DNA of 63,901 bases, filler included, from Octopus bimaculoides (lineage: Eukaryota): NCBI RefSeq assembly GCF_001194135.2. It is 4 parts of 3 records of this genome, joined end to end, with 100 filler letters (N's around TTAATTAATTAA, not from the genome) between each part and the next. Parts side by side here need not be neighbours in the genome. Positions count along the whole stretch, not along the records: positions 53,441 to 62,797 come from NC_068982.1; positions 62,898 to 63,901 come from NW_026363426.1; 2 more parts are not named here. One strand, given 5' to 3'. The position numbers were made by a program, and so were the translations under genes. The notes under the pieces were generated by a model. The model searched no databases. It had not been told where the DNA came from and saw nothing but the letters and a program-made list of their open reading frames with translations. This document shows positions 53,441-63,901 of the stretch, in pieces. How positions within the stretch are numbered: position 1 is the stretch's first letter; the number at the start of each line of letters is the position of its first letter.

Positions 53441-53856
53441 ATATGGAAGTACGTATGTGTATATATATTCTTTATTCTTTCGTTCTTTTACTTGTTTCAG
53501 TCATTTTGGCTGCGACCATGCTGGAGCACCGCCTTAACGTGTTTTAGTCAAAGAAATTCACCCCAGGACTTGTCAAGCGATGGTGGGGGCACAAACACAG
53601 ACACAAAGACACACACATAAATAAATACGTACATATATACGACGGGCTTCTTCCAATCCCCGTCTGCCAAACCTACTCACAAGGTTTAGTTGGCCTGAGG
53701 CTATAGTAAAAGGCACTAGCCTAAGGTGCCATGCAGTGGGACTGAACCCGGAATCACGTGGTTGGGAAGCAAGCTTCCTTCCACTCATCCACGCCTGCGC
53801 ACATATGTATGTATATATGGATGGATGGATGGATGGATGGATGGATGGATGGATGG

Positions 53857-53955
<99 letters not shown>

Positions 53956-56289
53956 CATGCATACAAACATATATGCAAGATTATAAATATACAAACACAA
54001 ATACGCGCTCGCATATATATGATGAAAATACTCCAAAGAGGTTGGTGTTGTTTTCAATGGCAGGATTTATCTTAAATAATAAAATCGATAAAACGAGAAC
54101 GCGCTATGGGAATTCGCTACCAGTTCTTCTTAACTTTGAGGACGTACACCTCTGTTGTTTCTCACTAATTTCTCTCCTTTCAACTTTCCCCTGGAGAAGT
54201 ACATTGTCCGAAACGTTAGATTTTCCCATCCTTACTGCAAGTTCACTGAACTCTTGTTATCGATTTTACTACAACTACTATATATATATATATATATATA
54301 TATNNNNNNNNNNNNNNNNNNNNNNNNNNNNNNNNNNNNNNNNNNNNNNNNNNNNNNNNNNNNNNNNNNNNNNNNNNNNNNNNNNNNNNNNNNNNNNNNN
54401 NNNNNNNNNNNNNNNNNNNNNNNNNNNNNNNNNNNNNNNNNNNNNNNNNNNNNNNNNNNNNNNNNNNNNNNNNNNNNNNNNNNNNNNNNNNNNNNNNNNN
54501 NNNNNNNNNNNNNNNNNNNNNNNNNNNNNNNNNNNNNNNNNNNNNNNNNNNNNNNNNNNNNNNNNNNNNNNNNNNNNNNNNNNNNNNNNNNNNNNNNNNN
54601 NNNNNNNNNNNNNNNNNNNNNNNNNNNNNNNNNNNNNNNNNNNNNNNNNNNNNNNNNNNNNNNNNNNNNNNNNNNNNNNNNNNNNNNNNNNNNNNNNNNN
54701 NNNNNNNNNNNNNNNNNNNNNNNNNNNNNNNNNNNNNNNNNNNNNNNNNNNNNNNNNNNNNNNNNNNNNNNNNNNNNNNNNNNNNNNNNNNNNNNNNNNN
54801 NNNNNNNNNNNNNNNNNNNNNNNNNNNNNNNNNNNNNNNNNNNNNNNNNNNNNNNNNNNNNNNNNNNNNNNNNNNNNNNNNNNNNNNNNNNNNNNNNNNN
54901 NNNNNNNNNNNNNNNNNNNNNNNNNNNNNNNNNNNNNNNNNNNNNNNNNNNNNNNNNNNNNNNNNNNNNNNNNNNNNNNNNNNNNNNNNNNNNNNNNNNN
55001 NNNNNNNNNNNNNNNNNNNNNNNNNNNNNNNNNNNNNNNNNNNNNNNNNNNNNNNNNNNNNNNNNNNNNNNNNNNNNNNNNTTATATACATATGTATAAA
55101 ATGTGTGTTTGTGTCGGTCTGTCTGTGTTGGTATGTGCACATATGTGTGTGTATACACATATATATGTATATATATATATATATATATACTTACGTACAT
55201 ACATAGCTATACATATACGCTCGCACACGCACTAACGTATACATGCGCACGCACGCGCACACGCACACTCATACAAAGTGACCCATCATAGACAGACTAG
55301 AAGTAGATACGAACATTGATGTCACTGGGATATACTAAAAAATTTATATAGCAGCCACAGTTGTCACACAGGAAAATGGATACTTCCTGAAAAGTATTCA
55401 CAAGCGAACACGAAAAACCCATAAAAATGACGCTGAAAACAAAATCACAGGAAACTATAGAAAATAAAGAAAGAGTGTTTTAATTCTTAATGCAATCAAT
55501 ATCAAGTAGAGAAAGAAACATATTAGATGTACAGTATAGCAAATCAAGAATCACTAATGATTTGAAAAAAAAATGCCTAAATACAAAAGATTCTTATTAA
55601 ATGGTTTATAATTCATCTTTCGCAAGAGAAAAAACAATCACTTCATTGAATATTTCAGACAGTTCGACTCCAACTCAGGAGTTCACAAAGAATCTGACAG
55701 AAACAAAATTGAAACAAATACAGTGCCCACAGAAAACGTGAGATATTTTGCGAGGAAAAGAATGTATAACGGTTAGATTGCCCACGTGGGAACAACTATA
55801 ACTTCAGCACTAAATACAAACACATATTTGAAGAGGAATGTTTTCAGCAGACACCTTTTTCTCCAATTAAAATTCTAATTCATACTGGACTCAGATTAAA
55901 ATGACAATTAACGATAAATTGTGTATGGATAACTTGTACGCTGCAGATGTTTAGACAATTAGAAACACTTCTAAGAGAACTAAACAACACAGATTTGCAT
56001 ACATTTAGGAATTAATGAAGATGACTGAGTACAATACACAAAAATGAACGAAAAAGGCTTGGCATGAGTATTGGTTTCAAATTTTGGCACAAAGCCAGCA
56101 AGTTTGGGGGAGGGTGTAAGTCGATTTAGAAACTGCCAACTTTCTAAATGTTGCATAATCTTCGGTACACGAAGATCGGATTGAATCCTCTGCCGATGAT
56201 GTTTCAATTGTTTCTGAGAGAAAAAAAAACATTCTAAATGTTCGAACTCAACAAGGACACCAGAATTCATTTAACTGATTCAAAACCTT

Positions 56290-56965
56290 ATCGATAATAA
56301 TCCCTCCCAAAAATCAATGACAACTATCGCCAAAGAACTTCAGGTGTCGGAATAGATTATCAGAACTGTAGTGCACGAGGATGAAAACTGTTTCATCTAT
56401 GCCAAGTAGTTACTTAACAAGATTAAAAACCCCCACGGTCATGGCATGCTTTGATTCTTGTTTGATGAAAAACACTTCGACCAAGACTAGAAGTCTAAGA
56501 GGTGAAACTATAAATGGTTATGTACAGATTTTTCTGATGTCTCCAGAGTTGCCAGCATCTATGATGGCTTGCGAGTGGTGAGTTATGAAAGTCATCTTTC
56601 ATCTTCCCACAGGATTATAGAATTCTTAGAATGGATACGTTGAGGTGCTGGAGACAATTGATTGGCACTGTATGGATGAAGTATTCAGTAGAAGGCCATA
56701 GATATTTCAATAAAACTCAGCACCTTAAAACCTTACAAAACCCACGTAACCCAAAATAGATATCAGATAATTTTTTTGAACATGTAACACCAAACTCGTG
56801 GCCTCCAAACTCATCAGATCTATATCCTATGAACTACTACGTTTGAAATGGAGACTCTCAATGCCATAGCTTCACTGAAAGCTGCTGTTGTCCAGGTGGT
56901 GTCTGAAATGAATAAGGACCATTTAGTTCAGGCATATCAATAATTTCGGCCTCGCATTGAAGCAT
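56290..56965 (+). mobile_element. Tc1/mariner-superfamily (maT/DD37D-like) transposase relic
   Basis: IDNNPSQKSMTTIAKELQVSE; FLFDEKHFDQD; WPPNSSDLYPMNYYV*; SLKAAVVQVVSEMNKDHLVQAYQ*FRPRIEA; no TIRs located. Confidence 0.8.
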
Positions 56966-57279
56966 AATAGATTCACAGAATAATCTTCTAAGAAAGCAGA
57001 CCGAGAACACATGCACAAATGTTTATTAAAATACATTTAATTGCTAAATTAAAGTTATTTTATTAAATTACTAAATATGTCCTCAAATACCTCTCGAAAC
57101 CTGTAGTATGCACTCAGGGAAAATTGAATTGATAACATAAGATGTACTTTGAGAAGATAGATAAAACGAGAGATCTTTCAAGTTGATTGTACGTCACCCT
57201 TGTTTGTATTATACATGATACTGATGACTTTGGCGTAACGAAAAATAGGAGCTGGATATTGATTGAAAACAAGCAATCG

Positions 57280-57360
57280 AAATTAAAACATCTTTTGTTC
57301 ATAGCCGATCCTAAACTGCTCAAGAAAAATGAAAGCCAGATGGATTCTTTTGTTCAAATT
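57280..57360 (+). mobile_element. R4/Dong-like RT motif fragment
   Basis: KLKHLLFIADPKLLKKNESQMDSFVQ resembles K.NHLL(F/Y)MDDLKL..KNE.Q.DSL.Q. Confidence 0.6.
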
Positions 57361-57519
57361 GATTTAGCAAAGGTATACATGTCGAATTCGGGCAATGTGC
57401 CTTATACTAATGAGAAAAAGAGGGAACAGCATCACGAGCTATACTTTTCTCTCTCAGTCTGTGAGTGTCTAACAGTGTGTGTGTGTATGTGTGTGTGTAG
57501 TATGTGGGTCTGTATGTAC

Positions 57520-58106
57520 TGCCGAAATTGGAAATTTTGAGCAGCATCCCGTGAACTAGGACGTAGAAGGACCGTGTCAGCATACACAGATGACATCACC
57601 GTCATAGGGTCGAACACCAGTCACATAGATCTAATTAGCACTGTTCTAAAAGAATACTAGGCAGAGACAGGAGCAACATTTAATTAAGAAAAGTCAGTGG
57701 GCCTGCAGCTCGGCATCTAAAGAAGTAGGTCATGCCGTCCAATGGTGTTGTGGGACGCTGGACAGAGGTGCTAGTTAAATTACTCAGGGTATGGCTTGGT
57801 CCCGATCTCCAGGTGGAGAAGAACGGGTTTAGGTGACGATCAGAGTGGCTAATCTCACACAGAGATGGGCCGAGAGATAGCTATCACTGAAAGGTCGGAT
57901 CACAGGTGGCAAATGCTTACATCGCATCCGTCGCATGTTACCGCCTGACCCTCGTATGTGGCCTCGGTTTTGGAGGAATCATTCTTTGTTAAAATTTATA
58001 TTTTTGTAATTTTTTAATTCTTTTATGTACCTTTTATATAACCCCACATTGTATTGTCCTCTACTGCCCCCAACGTTTTTCGTAAACCCTTAGTGGTTAA
58101 TAAAAC

Positions 58107-58110
<4 letters not shown>
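57520..58110 (+). mobile_element. L1/Tx1-like LINE relic, RT motif joined to 3' end with AATAAA and (ATT)n
   Basis: VSAYTDDITVIG...LKEY*AETGATFN*EKSVGLQLG. Confidence 0.75.
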
Positions 58111-58156
<46 letters not shown>

Positions 58157-58159
<3 letters not shown>

Positions 58160-58342
58160 CTTCGTAACAGTATAGGTAAAAACGCACCGAAGTCTTTAGT
58201 CATCTGTCAAGTCACAACAAGGACCTCAGGCAAATAATACCTTACATCTTAAGGAAAGTATTATCTGTCTGAGGTCCTTGTGATTTGACAGGTGACTAAA
58301 GGCTCCGATTTCTTTTTTAACCTACGCTGTGTTACGAAGGAA
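58157..58342. mobile_element. 186-bp near-palindromic MITE/foldback element
   Basis: TA|TTCCTTCGTAAC...GTTACGAAGGAA|TA; arms complementary over about 85 bp. Confidence 0.8.
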
Positions 58343-59699
58343 TAATAATAATAATAATAATCCTTTCTGCTTACAAGCCTTGAAATTTGTGAGGAGAGGA
58401 TTGTCGATTACATTGTCTCCAGTGCTTGACTGGTATTTATTTCATCGACCCCGAAAGGACGAAAGGCAAAGTCGACTACTGCAGAATTTGAACTTGGAGC
58501 GCAAAGACAGACGAAACGCCACGGTACATTTTGTCTGGCTTGCCGGCTTGTCACCTTTAGCTAAACATATTGACTTTATTGAGGGTGGTAATGATAATGC
58601 TGTTGCTGTTGATGATGATGATGATGACAATGATAATAATCTCGATAGCCAAACAGATGGTTATTTATTAGACAAGTATCCCGGCGTAACATACAATAAA
58701 AAAAAACAAGAGTAACGGCAGCAACAACAACAACAACAACAACAACACTACCAACGACAGTAACAAAAACAACAAAAATAACGAGAAAGGCAACAAAATA
58801 AGACAGCAAACGGCAAGTGAAAGAACAACAATAGCAACAACATGTCTCAAGAATCGTTTGATGGCTGATGCTGTGGTTGCATAGATACAAGAGAAGTATC
58901 CTGGCTAAAGTGGTGATAAAGTAGGTTTACAGAGTGAATTATAGAGCAGCCACTTATGCTATTGAGCTAAACTAACACGCGCGCTCACACGTACGCACAA
59001 TCGCTCGCGCGCACACACACACACACACACACATATACGTGAGCGCGCACACACATACGTATGCATGCATATGCATGTACGTATGTATTTAATACTACTT
59101 TTCAAATCAAAGACTACCACCACTATCACCACTGCCCCACCACCACAAATGCAATTTATCATTAACAGTAACAGTATCATCATCATCATCATCATCTTTA
59201 TCACTCATCAACCATCGTCATGATCCCCAGCATCGCGCCACCATCATCTCTCCACCACAACCAACAACAACGCTAATATGCGCACCACCACCACCACTAC
59301 CACCACTACCACCATCCAATACAATCAGCAAAAACGATTACAACAATCATCACCACCACCATCACCATTACCATCACCGCCACTTCCACCACCATCAACA
59401 ACAACAACAGCAACATATGGATCAACCATACCAGTTGCCTGACCTACTAAAAAGTGCAGCTAAATCTTCCTTAAGTCACACACTTGTTTTTAAAAGGACA
59501 TTGGATAGTGTAGTCCACAATACAATGTGCCTGGAAAAAGATGGAATGCTCAGACAAGAGCTCCTTTCTCCATAGGTCTACTCAACCAGGGATGACAAGG
59601 GTTAAATAATATCAACGCTACTAGCACAATCATTGTGATCATTGACTGTGTATTGATAAGCCTGTATGAATGCATTTTTAGCTTGTATGAATACATCTT

Positions 59700-59750
<51 letters not shown>

Positions 59751-59923
59751 CTAAACATGAAATCATGCTCGGATACATGCATGCTGATATTTGTAGATAA
59801 TCTTCTGTCTCTGTCTATCTGTCTATCTATCTATCTATCTATCTATCTACCTATCTATCTATCTATTTAAGATGCTTCAGATAACCCAAGTCTGTGATTG
59901 AAGATATATACTTAACACCCATT

Positions 59924-59991
59924 TGGATTAGGGTGACTCATGGATTAGGATGACTCATGGATTAGGATGACTCATGGATTAGGATGACTCA
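59924..59991 (+). repeat. 4 x 17-bp minisatellite TGGATTAGG(A/G)TGACTCA
   Basis: Units at 59924, 59941, 59958, 59975. Confidence 0.95.
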
Positions 59992-60759
59992 TGACTCTGT
60001 TGTGTTTTGAGATCAGATTTCCTGGATGGTGATTCAGCACTGGACCTTTGATATGAGCCGATGACAGCTGAAACTAAGATTAACGAAGTCTTACCTGAAT
60101 TTTGTTTCCTCCTTGACTTTTCACTTTCATTATATTTTTCTGACAGTTTACACCTCTTTTTTCGAACTTTCTACCTTTTATTTTGCATTCTTCAGTAGTT
60201 TTCCTACCTTCCCTTTCACTTTTCCCACGCCTTATTCTCACAACGCCTGGTCTGGGAATCGAAACCGCGATCCTATGACCACGAGTCCGCTGCCCTATCC
60301 ACTGGGCCATTGCGCCTCCACACAGTCATATGAGGATTTTAGAAACTCACATAACAGTTCACTTGTCAGTCAATCTGTTACAAATGACTGCAACACTCTC
60401 ACAAATCACACTCAGGCTACATTGAACGATGTCATTCTTGAACTGGGAAACACGATAGTGTAAAGTTTAACTTCGCTCTTCCACTGAAGGCCTCTGCGGA
60501 GGCACCCAGCCTTCTAGATATGACAGCTAGACTTTCTTCAAAACGTCATAGAAATCAGGTAAAGACACACTGGCATATGTAGTCCTATATATTCAAAAAA
60601 GATTATATATACAGGGCACGTCAGCTATTTGTGAACAAAACTTTTAAGAACCATAAACAACTCAAACTTTAACTAAACATCCTCTCTTTCTTCAGTCCCA
60701 ATATGCAAGCTTTGAATCTAACGCAGACGATGAAAAGCCACACCGTTCTCTTCACCTTC

Positions 60760-61064
60760 CTTATTCGCCCTTTCAAAGCCTAGCCAGGCTCATGGGCCCG
60801 GTTTCCCGGTTTCTATGGCGTATGTGTTCCCCCCAGCTGGACGGAACGCCAGTCCATCGCAGCGTTACTCAAGAAACAGGAAGAAAGAGTGAGAGAAAGT
60901 TAGGGCGAAAGAGTACAACAGGGGTCGCCACCACCCCCTGCCGGAGCTTCGTGGAGCTTAGGTGCTTTCGCTCAATAAACACTCACAACGCCCGGTCTGA
61001 GAATCGAAACCGCGATCCTCCGACCGCGAGTCCGCTGCCCTAACCACTGGGCCATTGCGCCTCC
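60760..61064 (-). mobile_element. Young tRNA-derived SINE (head A, tail Y); head-only copy at 60230-60320
   Basis: Head and body match 13308; tail matches 35395-35505. Confidence 0.85.
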
Positions 61065-62267
61065 ACTCTCGTCACCTTAGCTACCAACAACTGTGATTCT
61101 CAGATTGCAACTTTTTTAAATGTCGCTAAGCCCTTCGTGTTAATCATAAGAAAAGAACTTTTGAATTCTGGCTGGAATGTGTCTTCACTGGCCAAAAGAC
61201 ATAAAAGCACTCGCGATGGCTGGCTATCCGCAATTTAAAACACAAAAGGCACTAGTATATGGGATATATGTACATGCATGTATGTGTATATGCGTTTGTA
61301 TGAGTGCACGCACACGCACACACACACATACACAGACATATATAATGTTGAATAGGAGAAAACTGACCCAAGGGCGGTTTTGTTACAAGTACATATATAA
61401 TGTATTTCTCAAGTCCATGTCAGTCTTCGTAGATAAAAAGAAAGAAAAAAAACATGTCGTTTCTGTGTTAGCATGATTTCCGTTGTGAGAAGTGATCGTA
61501 GGTTCCATAGACACTCAATTGCATTAGCAACAGCAGTGGTGGTTATGGTGGTGATGGTGGTGGTGGTGGTGGTGNNNNNNNNNNNNNNNNNNNNNNNNNN
61601 NNNNNNNNNNNNNNNNNNNNNNNNNNNNNNNNNNNNNNNNNNNNNNNNNNNNNNNNNNNNNNNNNNNNNNNNNNNNNNNNNNNNNNNNNNNNNNNNNNNN
61701 NNNNNNNNNNNNNNNNNNNNNNNNNNNNNNNNNNNNNNNNNNNNNNNNNNNNNNNNNNNNNNNNNNNNNNNNNNNNNNNNNNNNNNNNNNNNNNNNNNNN
61801 NNNNNNNNNNNNNNNNNNNNNNNNNNNNNNNNNNNNNNNNNNNNNNNNNNNNNNNNNNNNNNNNNNNNNNNNNNNNNNNNNNNNNNNNNNNNNNNNNNNN
61901 NNNNNNNNNNNNNNNNNNNNNNNNNNNNNNNNNNNNNNNNNNNNNNNNNNNNNNNNNNNNNNNNNNNNNNNNNNNNNNNNNNNNNNNNNNNNNNNNNNNN
62001 NNNNNNNNNNNNNNNNNNNNNNNNNNNNNNNNNNNNNNNNNNNNNNNNNNNNNNNNNNNNNNNNNNNNNNNNNNNNNNNNNNNNNNNNNNNNNNNNNNNN
62101 NNNNNNNNNNNNNNNNNNNNNNNNNNNNNNNNNNNNNNNNNNNNNNNNNNNNNNNNNNNNNNNNNNNNNNNNNNNNNNNNNNNNNNNNNNNNNNNNNNNN
62201 NNNNNNNNNNNNNNNNNNNNNNNNNNNNNNNNNNNNNNNNNNGCGGTATGTGTGTGTGTGTGTGTGT

Positions 62268-62307
<40 letters not shown>

Positions 62308-62725
62308 GTGTGTGTGTTTGTATGCTAGTAGGTTGTGGGGGACAAACATGGCTGTAGCAAAATACAATAAATGGAAATGTATGATAACGATATATAGAGT
62401 ATTAGCGATAAGTGGAGAGATTTGGAAGAGGGCAGGATGGTGAAGACATATATGGAATTGACAAGCTCAGTCAGCACATGTTGAGAAACTATAAATATTA
62501 GCTAAAGATAGAACAACAATACGAGGCCCGCAGGCAAAATCCCGATAGCGTTTAAATATGAAACTGCAAGCTCACGAAGTCTCTAAAAAGCCATTATGTA
62601 TTAAAAGAAACAAACAGATTGGCCTTAAGACCAAAACAGTATTTTAATACAAGCTGCATGATTGAATTAGTAACATTTAAAATTCATTATTTTTTGCCAG
62701 CAGAATTTGTTCATATGTATGCACA

Positions 62726-62797
<72 letters not shown>

Positions 62798-62897
62798 NNN
62801 NNNNNNNNNNNNNNNNNNNNNNNNNNNNNNNNNNNNNNNNNTTAATTAATTAANNNNNNNNNNNNNNNNNNNNNNNNNNNNNNNNNNNNNNNNNNNN
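62798..62897. other. Artificial assembly spacer
   Basis: 44N-TTAATTAATTAA-44N. Confidence 0.95.
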
Positions 62898-62899
62898 TT

Positions 62900-63125
62900 A
62901 AGGAGGGGATCAACACTTTTGAGAGAGCCCGTATCCAGCATGAAGAATTTAAGCAAGCTGCGCGAAAGTGCACGGCTCGTATAGTGAATGGGGAACGTTT
63001 GGTCTGCAATGTTTGCAGTCATGTATGCTTGTCAAGAGCAGGGCTCATTAGCCACCAACAGAACCATAAATGCAAAATGTAAGTTAGTCCTAGACCGCAC
63101 AATGTTCCTGAAGGTCAGCAATGGT
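62900..63125 (+). mobile_element. RTE/BovB-like LINE C-terminal Zn finger and 3'UTR, followed by (TG)n
   Basis: LVCNVCSHVCLSRAGLISHQQNH* resembles C..C.R.C.SR.GL.SH.R.H. Confidence 0.75.
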
Positions 63126-63166
63126 CTTCCTCGGTCACGAGTGGACGGCCATCATGTATGAGTGTA

Positions 63167-63255
<89 letters not shown>

Positions 63256-63548
63256 CTGCACTACCATTTGATAACCTGTGGAGAAATTATTAATTATCTG
63301 GCACTTAGTGGTTTACCAAAAGAGACTGATAGAATAAGTACCAGTCTTTAATGCAAAAATATAGGGCCAATTTGTTCAACTAAAATCTTTCAAGGCAGTG
63401 CCCCAGCATGGTCGCTGTCTAATGACTGAAACAAGTAAAAAAGAAAAGATAACTGTGGAAGCCCTGGAAACATGTAAAATGTTGAAGTTGAGTGAAGAAG
63501 GGAAACTTCTTTTGAAATGAAAATAAAATAAATAAACGTTTGGCTCAC

Positions 63549-63754
63549 CTTTTTATCCAACCAAAATTTTCCTTTGGTGGAAACAGTTACCCATGACCCA
63601 CGATTGGATGACGGTAGAAGAAAGAATGATGCATTTGACTTTCTTGAATTTCTTCCAAACGTGATATTGACCAACTCACCATGCCAAGTAATAAAATAAT
63701 CTTTAAAATCATCATGTATGTGACTACGTGTAACTTCAACAGTCCAGTTTGCCA
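63549..63754 (-). CDS. Candidate internal exon of an unidentified minus-strand gene: (x)ANWTVEVTRSHIHDDFKDYFITWHGELVNITFGRNSRKSNASFFLLPSSNRGSWVTVSTKGKFWLDKK
   Basis: Acceptor ttttctccctctcatttctag|TG, donor AAG|gtgagc, 206 nt open frame, three N-x-S/T sequons. An alternative donor G|gtgagt lies near 63679. Confidence 0.55.
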
Positions 63755-63901
63755 CTAGAAATGAGAGGGAGAAAACTGGACATCAGTGACAACAAAGTTT
63801 CAAAATGAATAAACTTAAAACGTCAATTACTTTTATAAGGAGGAAGATTTCAAAGGAAATTATAAGAACATGATTGGAAAATATTGTCTCTGATCTTCTA
63901 C

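Noticed and set aside
59928-59933. Telomeric TTAGGG
   Set aside because: Single hexamer within a minisatellite unit; the other units read TTAGGA
60095-60240. Strong minus-strand donor CAG|gtaag downstream of a SINE head
   Set aside because: Upstream sequence is a purine-rich low-complexity tract with no acceptor

Overview
AT-rich, microsatellite- and gap-rich animal genomic DNA. The repeat families look octopus-like; this is recognition from memory, not a database result. (1) 3563-24808 (+) holds 16 GT-AG coding exons of DNA topoisomerase III beta (TOP3B): 779 aa in one frame, covering the TOPRIM DCD motif, the catalytic GYISYPRT, Zn fingers, an RG box and the terminal [11 protein letters not shown]. 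The N-terminal ~80 aa were not found and probably lie upstream of the window. (2) About 30.2-63.9 kb is CpG-richer, repeat-dense sequence with candidate exons of an unidentified minus-strand gene (63549-63754, 38440-38505, weaker 31302-31533). (3) Mobile elements include a solo LTR, several tRNA-derived SINE families with swapped tails, RTE, R4/Dong, Tx1/L1 and Penelope-like relics, mariner, maT-like and Chapaev-like DNA transposon relics, and two foldback elements. Three identical 44N-TTAATTAATTAA-44N blocks are artificial joins. No CRISPR, rRNA or true tRNA was found. I cannot support a wholly new biological system. The best leads are the unannotated convergent gene, the SINE head/tail shuffling, a 66-bp hairpin array and a PHD finger in an RTE LINE, possible A-to-I recoding in TOP3B, and a methylation (CpG-decay) boundary.
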